From NCBI GenBank assembly GCA_977862235.1, contig OZ374560.1, forward strand, positions 1,860,001 to 1,924,000: a stretch of DNA of 64,000 nucleotides, written 5' to 3'. Within the stretch, counting starts at the first letter, position 1; every line of letters starts with the position of its first letter. Of this stretch, positions 1-12,112 are shown piece by piece. Origin of the DNA: Dudresnaya verticillata. Lineage: Eukaryota. The notes below the pieces were generated by a model. It saw nothing but the letters and a program-made list of their open reading frames with translations, was not told where the DNA came from and searched no databases. The position numbers were made by a program, and so were the translations under genes.

Positions 1-1923
1 TTTAACGACCCTTCGACAGAATTCGATGAATTACTTAATCTCCCCATCGCTGATATAATTGTCGCAAGATGTACCAGCATTCGAACGACTAGGCGGTGTT
101 CCGTACGGAGGGTCCGTCAGTACGAGGTCGAACAGTGGGCTCGAATCGCTTCGAACGGACTGGTCATACGTCTGCCACCTCATGTGGTGGCAACTGATCC
201 TCATTGTATTCAGTGCATCGACTTCTTCAGTACCTGGTGTTTCGAGCTTTTCAGACTGTATGGTAGACGCGGACGATCTTGTATGTTTTTCATTCCCTTC
301 CAGATGGTCATTTGTGTCCTCCCCGGTGTCTCCAGCATGGATACTGGCGGTCCCTTTCTCGTGTTCATGTGTTGTGCCACAGTTGCCATCCTCATTTGGT
401 GATTCCTGCTCGTTTCCCTGCGGTTCTGAAGGTTTTGTTCCGGAACCAGTGGTACTGTCAAAACATCCCGCGGCGACAGACTTGCAATTCTGTTTATCAA
501 CAGGTGCCCCAGGTTTTGGTGAAGGGGTGGAATCTCCACAATCATTGCGCTCGGCACTATCACAGTGCAATTCCGACCCTTCCAGAGAGGCATTATCGGG
601 ACACTGTCCTGAACTATGTGTTGTCTTATTTCCGCCAATGCTCTTAAGCAAGTCGGCATGCTTCTTCTCCTTAACAGCAGCTTCCTGGGGACAGAAATCC
701 CTGTACAATTCCAGTATAGATGCCACAATGTCCTTGTCATTTCCTATATTCTCCGCAACCTCGTCATCCATCTTCTGTGTATTGAGAAGGTTCGAGTGAA
801 GCACCTGCATGGACTCTGGCTACTCGTGACTTTCCCGGAGAGCTTCAAACTTACGAACCTCGCGAAGAGTGGCGGTGGCCTTCTGAAACTGTTCCACGGT
901 GTACCGGTAAGACAGCGGTTTGAAGTTGTGTAAACGGTGCAATTCTCTCAAACGTTATAAATTCGCAATATGTGCTTGTACACCATCCGGTGCTTTCGAC
1001 GCGTTAATGAACACTGTTGCGGACTTGACAGATGTTATATTGATAAACTTGCGGTACACGCGACAGTCCACACTCTTATTGATGTCCTAGTGATCCACAG
1101 TTGTAGATCGAATCGACACCAAATCATCCCTCTCCTCGTTTATAATGTCTCCGATTGTGTCAATCACTGCGTGGTCAAGTCTAAGGACAGTCTGAGCAGT
1201 CTGTTTAACAGTATTGTCCCTGAAATGGTTGCATCCGTCATAGGCTTCAGCAATCCTCGTGGGATTCGGACGTTTTCCGCCATTCCCCGCTGTGAGACGA
1301 TCTGCCTCCTCTCTCAGGCCTCGAAGAGTATCGTAGAAGGTAGTCTCGATGTAGAATGAAGAATCGTGCTTGTCATTCTGGTAACGAGCCTATTGTCGAA
1401 GTGACTGCAATTCATGGCTCCCTCTCAGAACAGTAACAGACCATGAGAAAGATTTCCGCGTCTCGTCATCCTCCTCCCGGCGTTCTGTGACAGCTATAAG
1501 TCTGTGCATCCCGTCCACTACTCCATACCATTTCGCTCGATTGTTTGACATTTCCACGGATTCTTTTTGCGAGTATGACGTTCCGTCTTTCTTCAACTTT
1601 TGTTGGAAGTGCTCAATTACCAAAGATCGAAAGGACCCAGACATTTCAATTACAATGGGAGCGTTAGACCCAGCAACATATCCAATTGTACTGGCTCGAG
1701 GATTGTGGTGGTCCTTGCGCGACACATCAAAGCGCGCCTTCAAACGCTCTACTCCAGACCTCACAATAGGAGGAATGGACATCAATGGAATGCAGGAAGC
1801 GGGGTCTACTCTTGTGTTGACGGAACCATCTATTAAGTCGGCGAATAGAGCTTTTGCGGTGTATGTCGATCGAGGAATCTGTTTAGGTCCAGCACCTCTC
1901 GACTTTCGCTTCCCACCACCCAT
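1..1923 (-). pseudogene. ParB/Srx-like domain + N6A/N4C (amino) DNA methyltransferase fusion, disrupted by in-frame stops; runs off the left edge of the window
   Basis: ORFs 1390..1923 and 31..810 are in the same frame and the gap reads through with stops only at 1390, 1087, 955, 820 and 31. The N-terminal WYGVVDGMHRLIA is a ParB-type DGxHR motif. The C-terminal FDLVLTDPPYG is catalytic motif IV, followed past the last stop by FIEFCRRVVK, matching the E..RVLKPGG motif of N6/N4 MTases. Confidence 0.8.
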
Positions 1924-2521
1924 TCCGAATATGAAGGTGATTACCTAGATGGCTGTGAAGGATGGTAGAGCGAATTCAAGAACTTAGTCAAACCCCGGAA
2001 GGGGCGTGCAAGTTGGCAAGTGAGCTTTCCCGCGTTGACTGCACAGACTACCGGTATAGTCTAAGCCTTGGAGACAGACATCACATTATATATCGCATGA
2101 TATCGCATGGAGATCTTTTTGCCTTCTTTCAGTGACGGAATAAAGATACGTGTCTTTACGTCATGTAACTGCCCTGGGGACGACCGTACAGTTTGAGTGC
2201 AACCGCAACGGTGGTGGACGGGAGATTCTGATTCTCGTCAATCAAATTTGGGTAGGACAACAACGTGTGCTAATACGCGTGCCAAGTAATAAGTGGGCAA
2301 TCCTAATCCCAGATTCATGTGATGAGTTCGGTCTCTCTCCCATATACATTGTGGAGAGAAGCGGGAACAATATATCCTGTAAGACATCTCTCACGACAGT
2401 TTACGGCACGAAGCAATAATGAAGACCGAAACGCGCCACCGTGATGTTGAGATGACTACTGCAACAGGAAGCCCCCTCATCGAGTCTCGGAAGTGGCTCA
2501 CACTCAGTTACTCAGGAATGC

Positions 2522-3135
2522 ATGCCATTGAACTTGAATCGTGCATGGCACATGAATGGCACTATCGAAAAGAACAGAATGGAGCACAGAATTCAGGCTG
2601 CATACCGTCAATGTCTGATAGAGCTGCAGGACCTAACCTTTCATATGGTGGAAGTGGACCAGAAAACGGAGTCCCTGAATGTAGCCGACTTGTGCAAGGA
2701 CGGGGAGTGTGCGAAGGACATCGTGAAACGGATCGGAGTGGCTAGATTGGAGATTATATTGATATACTTCAGCAGCGCAGGGAACTAGAAACTCTGGGCA
2801 TCAAGCTCTTTTACAGGTCGGTCTTCAAGAGTTTCATGACGGATGTAATAGGGAAAGAAAGGCAATACAGTCTGGCAGGGCGCGGGCAAGATTTAGCACT
2901 GAGTGACTTCCTCAGAGATTCAAGGGAGAGAGGAATGCAGAAGCTGCGTGAGATGGCTCCCAACCCTCTGCTTATAGATATGGATAACTTGTCAGCACAA
3001 GAACGTCGGCAGTATGAGACAGCAGTTCGCAAAGTCCATGAAGAGAAGCGTAGAATCGCAGGGATGGAAATTGTGAACCTTCCTCCACCAGGTACTCCCA
3101 TCGATTGGGATTCGCCGCGTCCGCTAAAAGAATAA
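2522..3135 (+). pseudogene. Degenerate gene of unknown function (two protein-like ORFs in different frames)
   Basis: ORFs 2522..2788 and 2836..3135 have helical, protein-like composition; no motif recognised. Confidence 0.3.
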
Positions 3136-3265
3136 CAACTACGCACCAAGAGCGGTTTGCATGCTAAAGATTCCCGACGTTGCAGCGGTGCCGCAATAGG
3201 GAAATGATGTGCAGAGTTGGTGTAAACGAGGTCAACTAAACTTCAGAATGGTTCCCGGTTCCGTC

Positions 3266-3272
3266 TATAAAA
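3266..3272 (+). promoter_or_regulatory. TATA box candidate
   Basis: TATAAAA about 50 bp upstream of the ATG at 3318. Confidence 0.35.
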
Positions 3273-3317
3273 GGGAGCGGTACAGTGTCGGTTTGAGGGT
3301 TGGTGGAGACGACTTAG

Positions 3318-3533
3318 ATGGAGAGTTGCGATGAAGCACCGGAAGCGTTGGTGCTGGAGGTGCGGAGACTGCGCGCCGAGCTAGAAGAAGCTCGGGCGCG
3401 AACCAGGCGTCATACCAGTGACGCCATATGGCTTCGTCTGGACTTGGTGGAGCGGGCGCGGGTCATGATTGCGGATGCTGTCGCAGTTGGGGAGGCGGTG
3501 AAGGTGGTGCTGAAGGGAATACTAGTCTTTTAA
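3318..3533 (+). CDS. Small coiled-coil-like hypothetical protein (may have extended to 3587)
   Basis: ATG ORF with an upstream TATA and the heptad-like EVRRLRAELEEARA; an acidic tail continues in frame after the TAA. Confidence 0.35.
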   Translation: MESCDEAPEALVLEVRRLRAELEEARARTRRHTSDAIWLRLDLVERARVMIADAVAVGEAVKVVLKGILVF

Positions 3534-4618
3534 GGGTGGTGGTTGGTGGAGGTCGATGAGGAAGACCCGGAGTCTGAAGTGGACTGAGGTTTAGGGTAAA
3601 GGCAGTTGAGGAGTGTTAGTTACAGATAAAGTGAGCACGGGAAAAGTTGTGTATGTTTATCATGCTGAGGCGCTTGAAGAGGGGAACGGGCGCAAGTAAG
3701 GAACCGTGGTGTGGACTACTACGGGAGATGGCTTTGAGTGCACTTTCGAAGTTGGTTCAAGTGCATGACTAGAAATGGGCGTTTGTGGTTTTGACCGGGG
3801 TATCTGGTGAGCTGCAGCTCGCTACATGTGTAAGGAACTGCACGGGTAAAGTACGAGGTATCCGGAGCGGGGAACGAGGTCTAACGTATTACCACGGCGA
3901 ATTCACGGCAATGTGGGACAAAATTCAGTACCGGAGCCCAGTCCAAACCACATGGAGTAGGTCGACGGAGAGGACGGTATACACTGGGAAGAGCGCTACA
4001 TGAATGCCGTCGCACTGTGCAGCACATGCTGTAACGTTGGCGAAACAGGGATTACAATACCTGGGTGGGGTTTTTGGTTGTCGCGAAGGACAACGAGCCG
4101 ATGTGTCGGTGAGGAGGGAGAGTGTAGCGGGCGAGTGCGAATGCGCAGAGCACGTCCTGACGCCTAGGGAAGAGTAGATAGTGCATGGCAGTAGAGAGGT
4201 AGGGTGCAGTTGCCGGTTGACGAGTGCGCGAAGTTGCACCGCAGTGACTCCGGGAAGGGAATTCATGGCAGTGCTGCAGTACTCTGCATGTCGTGGGGGT
4301 GCGCGACGACATTGCACTGACGAGTAGTTCTGCAATGTTGCGGCAGCATATACTACGCGGTGAGGGGCCCATGGAAGTAGCCTAGGTTACCTCAAAATCC
4401 AAATTACAACATCTCGGAAATTACAGCAAAATTAATTATTTCAGACCCGCTGCCGGGTTAGCACGCCAACCGACATAACTCGAGAGCTACTGCTTAGTTC
4501 TCTACTCCGTTTGCACCAGCGTACTCAGGGGACGCTCCCCTTTCCAATGCATATACTTTGGAAGCGTTTTATTTCAGTCTGTTTTTCAAGGTACATTCTG
4601 TAACGCGGGAAACCAGTG

Positions 4619-6397
4619 TTTCAGATGGGGCATCATCCCTGACTCCATTGGCGGACTCTCTTAACGCCTCTTCATAGAGGTCGTCTTCCGTCACCGACGG
4701 TGCGCTCGCAGCCGGTGCAGGGACAGACTCCAAGGGACCCTCCACAACCACCGCTGTCGAAGTCGTGACATCCGCTGCTAGCGCCGTGACTGACCCAGCC
4801 CCCGTCTTAGGCGAAGACGCTTTGTCAACCGCCTTAGGCGCTGCACCAGGGAGCTCACTCGCCTCTGTCGGCGGAGCATCCTCAACCGCCTTGGGCGAAG
4901 TCGACGGCCGCAGCACCTCCGGTGACGGGACCCCATTAACCGCCAAAGGCGTTGAACGTTCAACATCCGTCACTGACGAAGAGGCTACTGGAGCCTGCGG
5001 AACCTCCATAGGCGCTGTCACCGCACTCCGCTTTCACAGAATTTTGCTAACAACGTCAGTAGGCGCCATGGCGGACGAATCCGCAAAACCCGTAGGCGAC
5101 ACCGGCTTTTTCGTCATTCGGTCATTAGACGCCGCACCTTCGTCATTAGACGGCACAGTCGCAACGACGGTCGGCGCCGGCACCACAGCAACGCTGGGCT
5201 GCAGAGCAGCCAGAAGCGAGTGCCCAAGGGGCGTCGTGGATGTTCCGCCCGAGACGTCAGTGATGACACCGGTCGCTCACAAGAATGCGAGCACCGTGCG
5301 GCGCTGCTCCTCAGTCCATAGGGGCACTGCAGAGGGGCGATGCGCACCGTCCGCGACGTTAAGAAATCCGCATTGAGGCATAAGTGCAGACGCAGAATTC
5401 GCCGCTGGCGTAGACATGATGGCATCACCATCACCGTCATTGACGGGCGCCGCAAGGTCTAACGTCGCAACCGACGGCAAGCCAACGGGTTCGACAGCCG
5501 CCGGTCCTACCGCCGCTGGCGAAGTGTTCGAAGGGGCCACGGCCCCCGCATCAGAATCAACCGCCATAGGCGTACTGACGTCCGTCCCAGACGGGTTAAC
5601 CGGTCCGCTGTTAGCGTGGAACACATCCTCCTCCGTCATCAAGGTGCTCAAGTGGGGCGGGAAGTCGCCGGAAATGTCGCAGTTCTTGCGTAACCCGCGT
5701 GGGTGATTCGCTGGCGTGAAGCCGTCCGTACGACGATGGCTTTCGGCAATATTCTCCGTCGTAAGACGTTTGGTCCACGGGTTATACCACACCCAATCGC
5801 CACAGGCGGAATGGTTTCTACTCATCACGTAACGCGGACGGTTTGCCTTACGGCGACTGTTGTTCGGCGGCACTATAGCCGGATCGTCCCAGTTGACGTT
5901 ATCCGCCACATGGCGTAGGTCCCAAAACTCTTGGCAATTATTGGCACCGCCCAGCACTTCGGCAGGTCGAGCCCGCCAAGGAGGCTGACCATCCGTGGCG
6001 GTACGTAATAGAGGCGGAAGGTGTCATACACCTCCCATATCCATGCGTAGGTCACATTAATGACCCACTCGGTGAAGAATACGATCCAACATCAGGAGTA
6101 AGGATCCGTCCGCAACTCAGAGCCGGTATACGTGACATAAGGAGGCCGTTCAGCCGCAAAACCCTCGCAGACTTCAAAGTCCCGCCATAACGACGGGACA
6201 CGAATGAAACAGTGCGGCAAATTTCCACGCTCAATGCGATCCACTTGCGTATCTTGATACGGCACGAAAACGCATTTGCGGCAGCACGTTTTGCACTCCC
6301 AGCGGACGCAGCGCTCGCAATAGAAGGTGCCCGTACTATGGAGGTACCGGAAATCCGCTTTCAAGCGTACACAAAGGAGGTTAGCCTCCTGGAGCAC
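4619..6397 (-). pseudogene. Antisense extra ORF of LTR element E (Cys/Trp-rich globular part + Ala/Pro/Ser/Thr-rich tail)
   Basis: ORFs 6092..6397 and 5873..6055 share a frame; 5277..5957 and 4569..5021 share another. One frameshift joins them. The ORF is cut at 4618 by the CACTG terminus. Confidence 0.55.
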
Positions 6398-7315
6398 CCG
6401 CGGCTCAGCCGAAACAGCTACATGGCTCAGTGACTACGTCCCAAAACGGTCCCCATACCCAACCTCACTATTGGTGCGGTACTGCCCTGCGTCAAATGCA
6501 AAGAACGCGGGCGTCAATACAGACCCCGGATAGCCGGAAAACCGCCGATATACGTCCACGACGAAACGCGCATGCGCGTCTGCACGCGTGTGACCGGCTG
6601 CAATACGCAGCCAGTCTCTCGGAATAGCGCACCGATGACGCCACTCGTTCGTTCACACGACGACCAGGGGTAACTCCCCTGGCAAAAATCCGCTCACAGC
6701 TTCATGGGTAATGCGATCCTCGTGTCGCAGGGCCTCCTGGTCGAACCAGGGGGCCCGTGAAAATAATCACGCATCGCTGCGGGGAGTCCTCCCGACAAAG
6801 TCGAATGGTGACGGATACACCGGCGCCGCCGAAGGCGCAGCCACTTGCAGGCCGTTGAATAGCGCCATTACGTCTGTGACGCTCAACAATCACACGCCGC
6901 TGGCGGGGTTCGTACAATACTTCAACGACGGTCTTGACTCCGATGTTGAGTCGATTACGCCAAAGGCGGAAACAAACAAACACACTTCAACGACGTTGTA
7001 ACAAACAACGCCAAAGGCGGAACACAAAGACACACCCTAGGCGGTGGTTGCACGAACACGCGCACAGATACGACATCAAAGACTGGGTTTCACGTACGCC
7101 ACTGACGACGTTAGTCAACCATATGTCTTCGACGGGAAATGTTTTACGCCGCAGGCGGGGGAAGCTGGACGTGCGTCTTCGACGGGGCTCAAACAACGCC
7201 AAAGGTGGGCAAGTGCAAACGCGTAGGCGCGTGGATGACCAAGGCGACCGGCGCAGAAGCAGGAAAGCAGGAAGGCTGAAGCAGGTTGACGTGTTCGCGT
7301 TTCCGGAGGGGGTCG

Positions 7316-8236
7316 TGTAGTGCCAGGGGGGTCCCTCTTTTCGCTCTCAGCGGGTTCATATGTCCGCGTCTACCGACGGGCGACCGCCAACGGTGCGCTC
7401 AGTCCGCCCGCGGAGCAAACACGTCACCGACACCTGCCGCTGGCCACCCGGGCCAGAACGGCTCATTTGGCGTACAGACCGCACGCCCCACTCCGCAGCA
7501 CTGTACGGCGCCACGCGTACGTGCATGGCACAGTGGCGCGAACGTTCGCTGTAAGCGTGGCCTGGATCCGGATCCAATCGGGATCCCCCATCGAGATCAG
7601 ACATCCGGATCAAGAGGTGTAAGGCACGCGCCTGTAAGCCTGGCGCATCCACATGGCTGGCCCGAATCCGGATTGGATCGGGATTAGTACGGATCGAGAT
7701 CGCACGCTCCACAGGACGCGTGTGGCTGTAAGGAAGTACATCCACGTGTACGTGTAAGGACTCGAGCGGGTGAGCTGCGCGTGATCTGTCAGACGCGCGG
7801 CTGCATGACGAACGGATCTGTCAGACTCGCCTCGGGACAACACGTGTCCCGACTTCCCGCGCGGCCCGCGAGCACGCACCGCCGCCGCTAGGTAGTTCTA
7901 TACTTAGTTGATCCGTCCCAGACGTTGAGGTAAACGCCCGGAAAGCCGGCCCTGGTCTAGGCTACCCTCTTCGCGCTACACGTACCTACTCGCTAGCCTT
8001 GAGCCCCAAGCGTCCGATCTGCCGCGCTTCCGCGTCCGCGCTGCGTCCACGGCGTGTTTCTCTCTGCCCTCCTTTTTCCCTTTTGTTCTCTTTTTTCCCT
8101 TTTACCGCCCAAGTCGTTTACAGTCCACCCTCGGCGAGTTCCCTTAGCCCTACCACCCTACCCGCTTCCAGTGGCTACCCACCGGACTACGAACGGTCCG
8201 GAGGAGCAGTCCGTCATCGGACGCGTTTGCACCACA
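7316..8236 (+). repeat. LTR family E
   Basis: TG...CA ends with inverted termini, upstream polypurine tract (PPT), repeated TGTAAG motifs. Only one copy in the window. Confidence 0.6.
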
Positions 8237-9351
8237 GACTGCCTGCTTTTGAAAGAAGGGTAGATGGAGCTCATCTCTGTCTGGCATTGCTTCAGATGTG
8301 GCTTCCGCTAACCTCTCTAAGAAACTCACAATAAGTTCAAGAGAGTCTGTTGAAGCATCTCGCGAGCTCTTTTCGGGACCAGCTCGCCTTCAGGCCTGTC
8401 CTATCCCTTTCGTCGACGACTGCAAGTCCCTCGAAAATCCAAATACCCGTTCCAGAAATGTGTGACACACCGGCCTGGCGTTGAAGAAGTACATATTCGA
8501 GTTGGGTTCCAACAGGCTTCGTAGATATGCCCGTCGAGCTGCCCCATTCATTGCAATTGTACGCTTCGATTCCTCCTGAACATATGTGCTTTCGCTTGTT
8601 GCAAAACATTGTTTGGACTGACAGCATACCCATGATGAGATTTTGTGCTCTCAAGTTCTTCGAGCAGTTTCCGGCGCTTGGTGGCCATCAACGGTGCAGT
8701 ATGGTTTCCTCTCGGCCTGTTGTGATAGACGTAGGGTCTCTTCTGCCAATTGTTCTGTTCTGCTATGTTCATGTCCTCCTCTTGCGGCCCTGGGCTAGCA
8801 GCAGCATTTGTCTCCCCAGGAGGGCTGTACATTGCGTTTGGTTCCACTGGTCCTTCTGTTTCAGCCCCTCCTCCGCCTCTTCAAGCGTATCGCTATCGTC
8901 CCCCTCACTCCCCGCTACATATGACTCGTCACTAGATTCTTCTTCTTGCGGAGTAGGTCCATCTGCCAGATTTAAAACATGTGGCCGCGGTCGCCATACA
9001 GGTCTGGTTCGAGGTGTGTACTGCAGAGGTGAGGCGGATAATGCTGGCGACGGTGCTGTTTTGCGGGGAATCCACAGTGAGTCTCTTTCCTTCTCTCCCA
9101 GCCATGGGTGGTGTTTTCACGGCCTGTTTACGCCTTTTGAGATATATCGCGGGGATTGGTGCGTGAGACATACTATTGGAGCGGTCGGCAACGTGTTTGT
9201 TGCGCACCTGCGACACGTCCCAAACATGCAGTCCAACCTCAAGACCGCGAAGAGTAGCAGGTGGATCTTCTACGCCCTTGTAGATGTAACGGTATGGCTT
9301 CGAAGCAAACTCTTCTTCTCTCTTCACCTTGTAAATGACCGTCAATTTTTG

Positions 9352-9566
9352 CCCTTCCTCCCCGACTTAGTGCAGATAATTTCCATGTAGTCTAGTGCAA
9401 TAGCATCCTGTACTGTCCGTTGCTAAACCCCTAAACCCCTAAACCCCTAAAACCCCTAAACCCCTAAACCCCTAAAACCCCTAAACCCCTAAACCCCTTC
9501 CTCCCCGACTTCGTGCAGATAATGTCCATGTAGTCTAGTGCAATAGAATTCTGTACTGTCCGCTGC
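9352..9566 (+). repeat. 72-bp direct repeat (9352-9423 and 9495-9566) flanking the telomere-like tract
   Basis: Aligned by eye: 5 mismatches in 72 bp. Confidence 0.9.
9424..9497. repeat. Interstitial telomere-like tract, 9 units of TAAACCCC (two TAAAACCCC variants); TTTAGGGG on the minus strand
   Basis: Read directly. Confidence 0.9.
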
Positions 9567-10058
9567 AATAGGCTCTGGCGGGGCGAGCGATTCAGCGGTG
9601 CCGACTATCAGCCCTTTGTCGAGCAACTGAACACGCCTTCGAGAAGGGGAAGTAGCAGTTTCCTTCCCCTCATTGCCTTCAGGCATCTCAACTGAACATG
9701 TCGACATTTCTGTTACAACAAGTCAACAGTTACAGTCCCCGTTGCGTGGATCTCCTTCCAGCTGGTGAAACCACCGGTAATTGGTATTATGGACACGAGG
9801 GCAGGCGACGGCGCTGATGGTACGTCTGGGAGATATCGTTGGGTGGCGTGGAACCACCTGATTTGCCAGTCTGATTCTAGGAGGTTCTCATATTTTCAGA
9901 ACGAAGATTTTCAGAACGAGGGCACGCAGCAGATCTAGACCTAAGGTGCTTGTGAAGATGGGTGGCGATGCCCTCGCAGCATAGGCAAGCACGACACACT
10001 ATAACGCAGCTGCAGTCTTTTCGCTCTTTGCACTTTCGGCTGCTGTTTTGTTAATCCT

Positions 10059-11986
10059 GTGCTTCCATTTTCCTGTCGTTACTGGTTCATACTAAGCTTA
10101 GGAACTGATGGCACTGCTGAGAAGCTGATCCAGGAGCTTTTCAAGGCAGTTGGTGCATGTGGAGTGAAACGATTGTCACGGGAGCCGCGACATGAACAAA
10201 ACTTTGATCTGGTTATTCAGAACGCCCAGGGCTGGTTCCAGTCATATTAATGTCTGTTTGTTGCTGATGCAACCTGCAAGTCTAACTATCTTAAGAGCAA
10301 CATCTTGATGCGACTTTCTATACTAGCAACTAGCTTTGGTCGTAAATGTGAGGGAAGTCACCACCTCTATTCAGCAAGAGGTGAAGAGCTTGCGAATCAA
10401 GGGAACGTCGTTTCATTTGAACAAAGAGACGATCTAGGCTGGAAAGCACGGGGATCGATGAGAATCGGGAGATAGATCTAGTGCGTCAGACTGGAAGGAA
10501 AGCACAGGTGCTGCGTTGCTGAAGACTGTGTGCAAGATTTCTGGCATGAGTTTTCTCACAGCACCGAACATTCGGTCCGAGCATGGTTCCGGTTGTACAA
10601 GAGGTTGCTGAGTATGGGAACAAATACCGCACAATTACAAAAGCTGATATATGAGGTTGGGATATGTGCCCCAAAACCGCGGGTTAAAGCGTTGATGCTA
10701 TGCCTAAAGGGATCGAATGACGCACTTGTAGAAACGTTTCAAGTGCCATATGATGTCATGAGCGCATGCTGCAACGAAGAGAAAGTAGCCATGAGTCGTG
10801 GGGCGAAACATAGGACCGAACCGCTTGTCGCACGACATTTTGCTTACGAGGAGAGCAATATTGTGAGGTTGAAGTCGGAATACTTGCATCTCTCACAGGG
10901 TGTACACAGCACCGGGGACCTAATGTCGCAGCGACAAACACAATTGGATCTGGTACTTCAAGTGAGACACGGATTAATGCGAGGATCTACGCAACTTTCG
11001 CAGCCATTTATAGGCATGTTCATTTTGTTTCCATGGGTTTCTCGGATGGGTCGGTTCGAGTCTGGAGCACATAAAACGGCAAGTTGGTATGCGATGCCTT
11101 CCATGGCCATGCGGACAACTTGAAATCTTCACCTTGAAGGTGCAAAGCGTTGCAATTCGCCCAGAAGGAACGTTTGCGGCATCGGGATCATGTGATGGGA
11201 CGGGTCATATCTGGCGTATAGAGACAGGAGAAGATGTTGAACGCCTGTTTTTGTGCATCCAGATCTCATATGGAGTGTCCCATTGACTGCCAACTGCACT
11301 CGTGTGTTGTCAGGGTCGAACGATGGCTCAGTGCAAGTGTGGCATGTTCGGACCGGGCGGCTAACCCAAAGGCAGGCTACGGGCCATACAGGCTTTGTCA
11401 CGAGTATGGCAGTAAGTAGAGACGGTGGGCGTGTAGTTTCTGGGTCATCTGACAGGATAGTTCGTTTGTGGGATGTTGACCAAGGTTTGTTTGGCAAGGA
11501 GCCTCTGGGGGGCCACAAGGACTGGGTTTATAGCGTGGCAGTGAGCCCGGACGGTCCCCGTGTCGTGTCATGATCTCGTAACAGTACAATTAGCGTGTGG
11601 GATGCTGGGACCGGGAAGCAAGTTGGAAAGGCTCTATACGGACATACTGGCTCGGTCTTGAGTGTAGTGATAAGCTATGACATTATTCGTGTCGTATATT
11701 GTCCGGCTCAATTGATAGGACCGTTCGCGTCTGGGACGCAGAGGGAAAGGAAAAAGATGGAGTGTCTACGATGGGTGGCATTGGCTCTGCGAGGGGGGTG
11801 GGGGTAAGTAAGGATGACTTTCTAGTGGTTTCAGGGTCGCGTGGTGGAACAGTTCGACTTTGGAATGGAAACATAGGGAAGAGAATTGGCGTGCCACTGC
11901 TGAACTCAGAATTGAGTTTAGAGGTGAGCTCTGACTGCGCTCTAGTATGGTTTCCGGTTCCCAAAATCGTGCTCCAGTGCAGGTAG
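10059..11986 (+). pseudogene. WD40-repeat protein pseudogene with a probable degenerate NB-ARC/STAND-type N-terminal region
   Basis: Frameshifted WD40 repeats at 11130-11986 (GHTGFVTSMAVSRDGGRVVSGSSDRIVRLWD; GHKDWVYSVAVSPDG; GHTGSVLSV). Upstream CLFVADA resembles a Walker B (weak). Confidence 0.7.
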
Positions 11987-12112
11987 AGCTTTAGACGTCA
12001 GCCCCGGTTCCGGTCACATGCAACTCCAAGCGCTTGCTCTACAAACGTGCAAGCTAACATACTTGACCCCTGCTCCTTCGCCGCGCAGGACGAGAGTTCA
12101 TCTGGAGAATAT

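Larger units (their letters stand above)
1..4618. mobile_element. Right portion of a CACTG-terminated (CACTA/CMC-like) DNA element, copy 1; left end outside the window
   Basis: About 4225-4618 is homologous to about 12113-12520, and homology stops at ...CGCGGGAAACCAGTG (reverse complement CACTGGTTTCCCGCG). It abuts the interior of an LTR element. No transposase is visible, so the element's leftward extent is inferred. Confidence 0.55.
4619..8236 (+). mobile_element. 3' part of LTR retroelement family E (3' internal region + 3' LTR)
   Basis: Purine tract GGAGGGGG near 7305-7312 precedes TGTAGTGC at 7316; the LTR ends GCACCACA at 8236 (7/8 inverted termini). Confidence 0.6.
8337..9707 (-). pseudogene. 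Unknown gene disrupted by a telomere-like insertion
   Basis: ORF 9489..9707 (...HYLHEVGEEG) joins in frame to QKLTVIYKVK of ORF 8932..9345 once the tract and one duplicate are removed; further fragments run to about 8337. Confidence 0.45.

Noticed and set aside
31..1392. Alternative genetic code or readthrough, since the MTase frame has only TAG/TAA stops and no frameshift
   Set aside because: Intact genes in the window end with TAG, TAA and TGA; single substitutions explain each stop.
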